A stretch of DNA of 64,000 nucleotides, from NCBI GenBank assembly GCA_018266765.1, contig JAFDZU010000005.1, positions 24,312 to 88,311 on the forward strand, given 5' to 3'. Under the pieces are notes generated by a model. The model was not told the DNA's origin. It saw only the letters and a list, made by a program, of their open reading frames with translations, and did not search any database. Positions 59,254-64,000 of the stretch are shown here, piece after piece. The position numbers and the translations under genes are program-made. This DNA is from Bacteroidota bacterium (GTDB lineage Bacteria; Bacteroidota; Ignavibacteria; Kapaibacteriales; UBA961). The stretch's first letter is position 1. Each line of letters begins with the position of its first letter.

Positions 59254-59835
59254 TTGATTAAGAGCAGTCAGATGGAGAAACTCTACACCTCATATTCCGA
59301 CGAAGAACTTATCGCCCTACTATCAAAAGCGGGACGCGAGACTGAGCGTGCTTTTACTGTATTATACAATCGCTATTCCTCGCGTATTCACGCCTATTGC
59401 TATAGAATAATTGAAGATAGCGCGTATGCCGAAGATATGTTTCAAGAAACATTCATACGATTTTATCAAACAGCACAGTCGGGACGAGCAATTACAAACG
59501 TTCCGGGTTTTATGATTACAATTGCGCGGAATCTGTGCCTCAATTACAAACGAGATAAAAAAGATGCGTTAGTTCTGAGTGATATTGATTTTTTTACGGA
59601 CACGAGTCAGAACTACGAACAGAAAGAACTTTTAGATTTAATTGCTCGGTCGCTTGAATTGCTAAGTTTTGAATACCGAGAAGTTTTTATTTTGCGTGAA
59701 TACGACGGACTGGCGTATGAAGAAATAGCAGAAATTACAGGCACAACAGTTACGAATGCTAAAACGAGAGCATTTAGAGCAAAGCAAAAAGTAAAAGAAA
59801 TATTATCGCCCTATCTCAAAGATATCAGCGAATGA
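59254..59835 (+). CDS. RNA polymerase sigma-70 factor, ECF subfamily
   Basis: Region 2 (…YNRYSSRIHAYCYRII…AEDMFQETFIRFY…) and region 4 HTH (…YDGLAYEEIAEITGTTVTNAKTRAFRAKQKV…). About 190 aa. Confidence 0.85.
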   Translation: MIKSSQMEKLYTSYSDEELIALLSKAGRETERAFTVLYNRYSSRIHAYCYRIIEDSAYAEDMFQETFIRFYQTAQSGRAITNVPGFMITIARNLCLNYKRDKKDALVLSDIDFFTDTSQNYEQKELLDLIARSLELLSFEYREVFILREYDGLAYEEIAEITGTTVTNAKTRAFRAKQKVKEILSPYLKDISE

Positions 59836-59937
59836 ATAAACAAATCAAACAATCTTGTAAAATCAAATAAATATAATAATCAGACAGAGGAAATTTTCTA
59901 ATGTATTTCCTTAATCAACAACCAAATTATTGAAATT

Positions 59938-61158
59938 ATGGAACACTCAGAATTACTATATGACTTCATGGACGGCACGACCAATGCTGTTCAAGAGCAA
60001 ACTTTATTTATGGCTCTTGCTTCACAAGAAGAATTGCGCGCCGACCTCAAAGAATTATTGGCTATTAAAACAGCCGTTCAAAACGACTCAAAAGCGTATA
60101 ATCCTCCTGTAGAATCAACACTTGCACTTTTTTCTACACTCGGATTTGCCGCACCTCAAATGCCGGTAATCCCCAAAGCAGGAGTTTTTAGTCGCGCCTC
60201 GACATTTATTGGAAGTTCATCGAAAGCAATCTTGACGGGCTTGGCTATGTCGTCAGTAACAGCCGTTGCCATGTTTTTATTAATGAATAATAAAGCAGTG
60301 AATGATACTGTAAGCGCGGCTGATAAAGTGAATGCAACCTCAACTTCCATTGCAGAGATGTCGAACTCTAATTCATTAAGTACACCGATTGAAATTATAA
60401 AAACAGTTAAAGTTCCACCAAAAGAAATTATTAAATATGTCTATATTACTGTTCCCGAACATCAATCTGCTGCAGTAGTAACTCCTTCTGAAATTCCTGT
60501 TGCTACATCTATATCTTTAAGTGAAACTAATGAGAAATCATCACCTGCAATTATAGATGCTGATTATCATACGCCAACGATTTCACAGAATAGTATGCGC
60601 AACAGCTCGAAGTGGAAATCGGTAGATTATGATGCAAGCCAATTACCCAATGCTATAGATAATCCATCGCCAAGCAGTATTTCACGTTGGACACTCGAAC
60701 TTCGTCGTATTGACACTCGCTCAACGATTGAGCCGACTTTTATTAGTCAAACTCCACTCCTTAATAACCTTGCAGTTACTGCATTATATTCGCTTAGTTC
60801 TGAGTTTGCCGCGGGAATTGAAGTTGCTAACGAGCAATCTTTTCAGCGTTTTACAAGTAAAGATAACGCAGGGAGAACATTGCTCTACGAACAGAATCCA
60901 ACATTGCCATCCGTTGCCGCGACATTGCGATACTCTCCATTTGAATGGGGTAAATTTCAGCCGATTATACAGGCAAGTATTGGTGGAACAGAAGTCGGTC
61001 CGTTCGGTAGAGGACTCATTGGGGTGCAATATTTTCCTGAAACTTTTATAAGTTTTATCATTGGAGCAGAGGCAAATATGCTGAGTTATTCACACCAAAA
61101 TACAAATTACACTACTTCAAAATACGGGTTGAACTATGGAATATCCTTCCATTTTTAA
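59938..61158 (+). CDS. Putative anti-sigma factor-like membrane protein with C-terminal beta-barrel-like domain
   Basis: Immediately downstream of the ECF sigma gene. N-terminal ~60 aa helical domain (…LLYDFMDGT…EQTLFMALASQEELRADLKELLAI…). Single TM helix (AILTGLAMSSVTAVAMFLLM). C-terminal 170 aa has alternating hydrophobic pattern ending …YGLNYGISFHF, an OMP-barrel-like terminus. Confidence 0.4.
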   Translation: MEHSELLYDFMDGTTNAVQEQTLFMALASQEELRADLKELLAIKTAVQNDSKAYNPPVESTLALFSTLGFAAPQMPVIPKAGVFSRASTFIGSSSKAILTGLAMSSVTAVAMFLLMNNKAVNDTVSAADKVNATSTSIAEMSNSNSLSTPIEIIKTVKVPPKEIIKYVYITVPEHQSAAVVTPSEIPVATSISLSETNEKSSPAIIDADYHTPTISQNSMRNSSKWKSVDYDASQLPNAIDNPSPSSISRWTLELRRIDTRSTIEPTFISQTPLLNNLAVTALYSLSSEFAAGIEVANEQSFQRFTSKDNAGRTLLYEQNPTLPSVAATLRYSPFEWGKFQPIIQASIGGTEVGPFGRGLIGVQYFPETFISFIIGAEANMLSYSHQNTNYTTSKYGLNYGISFHF

Positions 61159-61813
61159 GAAGTATTCTTTCAGAGGATACCTGGTATTATCTGCAATACT
61201 TACTGAGTGTATTATATTGCTTGGTGGTATTGGCTGTACTCCTGCCGTTGATTTGAATACAGAACGAAGAATAACCACTATAGATTCATTAATACCTAAA
61301 AAATCGGAACCGTTTGTTGTTAGTACGACGTTTAAGTTTTATGAAGTCGGGCTTATTCAGGATACTAGTAATGCAGGGAAAGTAGATTCTTACAGCGACC
61401 AATGGTTGTATAAACCGGGTTCGGTCAAAGGAATTATTGATACTTCAACTTCACCTATAACCATTTGGTTAGATATAGCACTCGAAGGTGATTCGGAAAA
61501 TCCAACTCGTCAACGTCCTCGCCAAGAAGTTGTCACATCAATTCGGATTCGGTTGGATTCTATGCCCGCTAGCGGAACATATCCCCTTTCATTTCCACCT
61601 AATTTCGGAACCGGCTCGCTGATTATTACATCAGGTACAGTCGAACCCCAAAAAACTCATTTCGGGAAAGCAATTGTATCATTTTCACCGATAAATAAAA
61701 CTGCTGACGGGAAAAATTCAAAACTGACAATGGTAGTTCAAGCTACTGTTCCTTCAGCAAGTAAGAGTTTCCCTACGTTTAATTTTCAAGGCGATGTAAA
61801 TTTTCAGTGGTAA
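61136..61813 (+). CDS. Hypothetical lipoprotein
   Basis: Signal peptide with lipobox …IILLGGIGC. 225 aa with no recognisable domain. Overlaps previous gene by 23 nt (operonic). Confidence 0.5.
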   Translation: MEYPSIFKKYSFRGYLVLSAILTECIILLGGIGCTPAVDLNTERRITTIDSLIPKKSEPFVVSTTFKFYEVGLIQDTSNAGKVDSYSDQWLYKPGSVKGIIDTSTSPITIWLDIALEGDSENPTRQRPRQEVVTSIRIRLDSMPASGTYPLSFPPNFGTGSLIITSGTVEPQKTHFGKAIVSFSPINKTADGKNSKLTMVVQATVPSASKSFPTFNFQGDVNFQW

Positions 61814-62096
61814 AGAAATTTAACTGATTACAGTAGATTTACTTGGCGAAATCTTCATAAAATTTTAAAGACATTTTTGAGGCGCTTGACAAGAACAACG
61901 GCAACTAACATTACTATATATTTTTGTGCTCAAGCAATGGCTTCTGCTGAAAAGTCAACCCTTCGGAAAGCAGTAAAACAATAGAGAGCAACACTTCGTA
62001 TTTTCTCAAAGTTTAATTTTTACTCCCACTGCCGATAACCACCAATCAGCAATATTATTATCAATTCTAAGTCATTTTCTCCGATTTCTTCGTACT

Positions 62097-63683
62097 ATGT
62101 TGTACGGCAGTCGAAAGAAATATTTTTTTTGGATAATCATTCCGTTTAGAAAACACATTCTACTATTTCATGTCATGCCAATTATAAATCATTCGCAGGT
62201 ATTCACAACAATCAAGCAAGCAATGAAAATAGAGCCGGAGCGCCCTCCGAAAGAATACTGTCCGTCGTTTAGCCGTGATATTCAATCTGCTAATATCAAT
62301 CGGGTACGGTTATTCTCTATCGTGCTGTTTTTTGTCAGTACGTTACTTATTGCCCGCGACTTATTGATTACACGAGCACAAGGAGAGTGGTCACAAAATA
62401 TCGGAAACGTTTATCTATTCTATTCACATCTTAGTTTATTGCTAACGTCAGTTACTTTTTTTATACTTGCAAAGATTGGCTTACGGGATACGTATAATAA
62501 ATACTTCCGTAACGGGATCATTAGTTTGAGTTTTTCGTTTGTTATTCTTGTGTGGAGTGCTGTTCTTGGAGGATGGATAGATCAATATTTTCATGGTCAA
62601 ATTACTGAATATATTATTGCAATGTTTGGAATTGCCGCAACGATTTATTACCGTCCTCTGACAAGTATCGCTCTCTTTACTACTGTTCAGATTGTTTTCT
62701 TAGTTATTATTGAGAATGTATTGCCGAATCCTAATGCAAACGGTCATGTTACCAATAGTATAGTATTGTGTCTGTTGGCGTGGATTCTTTCGCGGATTAC
62801 GTATATAATGCGGCTTCGTGAGTTTATGAATCAGCATACTATTGCATCGCAAAAATCTGATATTGAAAGGGTTAATCAAGAATTACAAGAACGCAACACC
62901 TACCTTGCAGAATTGAACGCCGAGAAAAATGAATTTATGGGAATTGCTGCTCATGATCTCAAAAACCCACTTGCAGCAATTATGCTCACATCGGATATTA
63001 CCCGACGTTACTGGAAAAACCTTACTCACAAGGAAATCAGTGATAATATTGACGGTATTTATACCACAGCTCAAAAGATGAAAGCAATTATTATTAATTT
63101 GCTTGATACTCATGCTATTGAGTCGGGTGCAATAAATTTGAATATACGGCAATTCTCACTTTCTGAAGTTGTGGTAGCCGAAGCAGAAAATTACCGCGAA
63201 CGAGCGATAGCCAAAGATATCCAACTTCACATTCAGTCATCACCATCTGATATTGAAATTATAGCCGACGAGCAAATTCTTCGTGAAGTTTTGGATAATC
63301 TTATCTCAAATGCTGTAAAGTATTCACCGCATGACAAAAATATTTATATAAGTACCACACAAAGTACTGCTGAAGGAAAAAATGTAGTAAGGGTTTCTAT
63401 AAGGGATGAAGGGCAAGGCATATCCGAAGAAGACAAGAAGAAAATGTTCGGCAAATTTCAACGCCTGACTGCAAAACCTACAGGCGGCGAACATTCTACC
63501 GGACTCGGTCTTTCTATTGTGAAAAAATTAGTCGAAATGATGGGTGGCCGTGTGTGGTGCGAAAGTGAAGGAATCGGCTTAGGAGCAATATTTAATATTG
63601 AATTTCCAGCTCCCGAAAAGCAGAGTAAAAACATAGAAAATATATCTGAACTTGATTCGGAAGAAACATTTCAAAAGAAGTAA
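62097..63683 (+). CDS. Membrane sensor histidine kinase (start may be an internal Met, e.g. 62223)
   Basis: Five to six TM helices. H-box …GIAAHDLKNPLAAI…. N-box …LDNLISNAVKYS…. G-boxes …DEGQGIS… and …GLGLSIVKKLV…. Confidence 0.85.
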   Translation: MLYGSRKKYFFWIIIPFRKHILLFHVMPIINHSQVFTTIKQAMKIEPERPPKEYCPSFSRDIQSANINRVRLFSIVLFFVSTLLIARDLLITRAQGEWSQNIGNVYLFYSHLSLLLTSVTFFILAKIGLRDTYNKYFRNGIISLSFSFVILVWSAVLGGWIDQYFHGQITEYIIAMFGIAATIYYRPLTSIALFTTVQIVFLVIIENVLPNPNANGHVTNSIVLCLLAWILSRITYIMRLREFMNQHTIASQKSDIERVNQELQERNTYLAELNAEKNEFMGIAAHDLKNPLAAIMLTSDITRRYWKNLTHKEISDNIDGIYTTAQKMKAIIINLLDTHAIESGAINLNIRQFSLSEVVVAEAENYRERAIAKDIQLHIQSSPSDIEIIADEQILREVLDNLISNAVKYSPHDKNIYISTTQSTAEGKNVVRVSIRDEGQGISEEDKKKMFGKFQRLTAKPTGGEHSTGLGLSIVKKLVEMMGGRVWCESEGIGLGAIFNIEFPAPEKQSKNIENISELDSEETFQKK

Positions 63684-63687
63684 TATA

Positions 63688-63718
63688 TTGACAGGAAACA
63701 AGTTGAATCGTATATAAT
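63688..63718 (+). promoter_or_regulatory. Sigma-70-like promoter candidate for clpB: TTGACA - 19 nt - TATAAT (or 17 nt to TATATA)
   Basis: ttgacaggaaacaagttgaatcgtatataat, read directly, ~150 nt upstream of the clpB ATG. No CIRCE inverted repeat seen. Confidence 0.35.
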
Positions 63719-63865
63719 GCCATTGTCGAATACCTATTCCGAATCCTCACTCTCATTTTTACTTCTCACTTCCACAGAGAAATAGACAATCAATTTTTCT
63801 CCTTAATTTCCGTCTTTATTAGTAGAAATTTAATTGTATTCTTAACTCCAAAAGGAACAATCAAC

Positions 63866-64000
63866 ATGAACTTGCAAAAATTTACCCTCAAATCGCAGGA
63901 AGCACTGCAAACAGCACAAGAAATTGCCGCCAATTACAACAATCAAGCAATCGAGCCGATTCATTTGCTTGCCGCACTTATTCAAGATTCTGCGGGAATA
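63866..64000 (+). CDS. clpB: ATP-dependent chaperone ClpB, N-terminal fragment (continues beyond window)
   Basis: MNLQKFTLKSQEALQTAQEIAANYNNQAIEPIHLLAALIQD matches the Clp_N repeat 1 of ClpB (…LT-K-Q-AL--A---A-----Q-IEP-HLL-AL…). Confidence 0.8.
   Translation, partial: MNLQKFTLKSQEALQTAQEIAANYNNQAIEPIHLLAALIQDSAGI

Noticed and set aside
59930-60112. 60-aa ORF overlapping the start of the anti-sigma-like gene
   Set aside because: Alternative frame of a longer, better-supported ORF that is translationally coupled to the ECF sigma gene.
1-64000. CRISPR arrays, integrases, transposases, restriction-modification or toxin-antitoxin pairs
   Set aside because: Scanned for regularly spaced direct repeats and for recombinase, DDE or HNH-like translations. 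None seen. The only repeat structures are short palindromes and terminator hairpins.

Overview
This 64-kb window looks like ordinary chromosomal sequence from a low-GC bacterium of the FCB group, probably Bacteroidota- or Ignavibacteriota-like. The lineage call rests on two things read directly: four genes end in T9SS C-terminal sorting domains, and Shine-Dalgarno motifs are used (for example AAGGAG at 16107-16112 before the ATG at 16123). No homology searches could be run.

**Housekeeping content.**
- The window opens with a partial trigger factor gene on the minus strand, followed by tRNA-Leu(TAG).
- An HpnE-like FAD oxidoreductase and the rplU-rpmA ribosomal pair come next.
- A complete minus-strand cluster runs yceD(DUF177)-rpmF-plsX-fabH-fabD-fabG-acpP-fabF-rnc.
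- Further housekeeping genes are plsY, a Gfo/Idh/MocA oxidoreductase, htrA, 1-pyrroline-5-carboxylate dehydrogenase, gpmA, methylmalonyl-CoA epimerase, panD, purN and the start of clpB.

**Envelope and signalling content.**
- There are three large intact T9SS cargo proteins of 1396, 797 and 1584 aa.
- A fourth T9SS cargo gene carries FG-GAP repeats and is interrupted by a homopolymer frameshift plus an in-frame TAA.
- A TonB-dependent receptor and a tandem GT2-TPR-GT2-TPR glycosyltransferase are present.
- An ECF sigma factor is followed by an anti-sigma-like protein and a lipoprotein.
- Three sensor kinases are present, one of them a CHASE3-PAS hybrid.
- There is a dual-receiver response regulator with an unrecognised C-terminal domain.
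- An HTH-S24 (LexA/CI-like) repressor sits alone inside a strongly AT-rich 1.7-kb islet.
- Transporters include a CPA2 antiporter with a TrkA-C-like partner, two CDF transporters and an orphan MlaF-like ABC ATPase.

I found no CRISPR array, integrase, transposase or recognisable defence-system genes.

The least explained items are:
- the 564-aa Rossmann-fold protein next to purN;
- the dual-REC protein;
- the anti-sigma-like protein whose C-terminus looks like an outer-membrane beta-barrel;
- the disrupted FG-GAP/T9SS gene;
- two long non-coding stretches (10673-11359 and 56763-57455).
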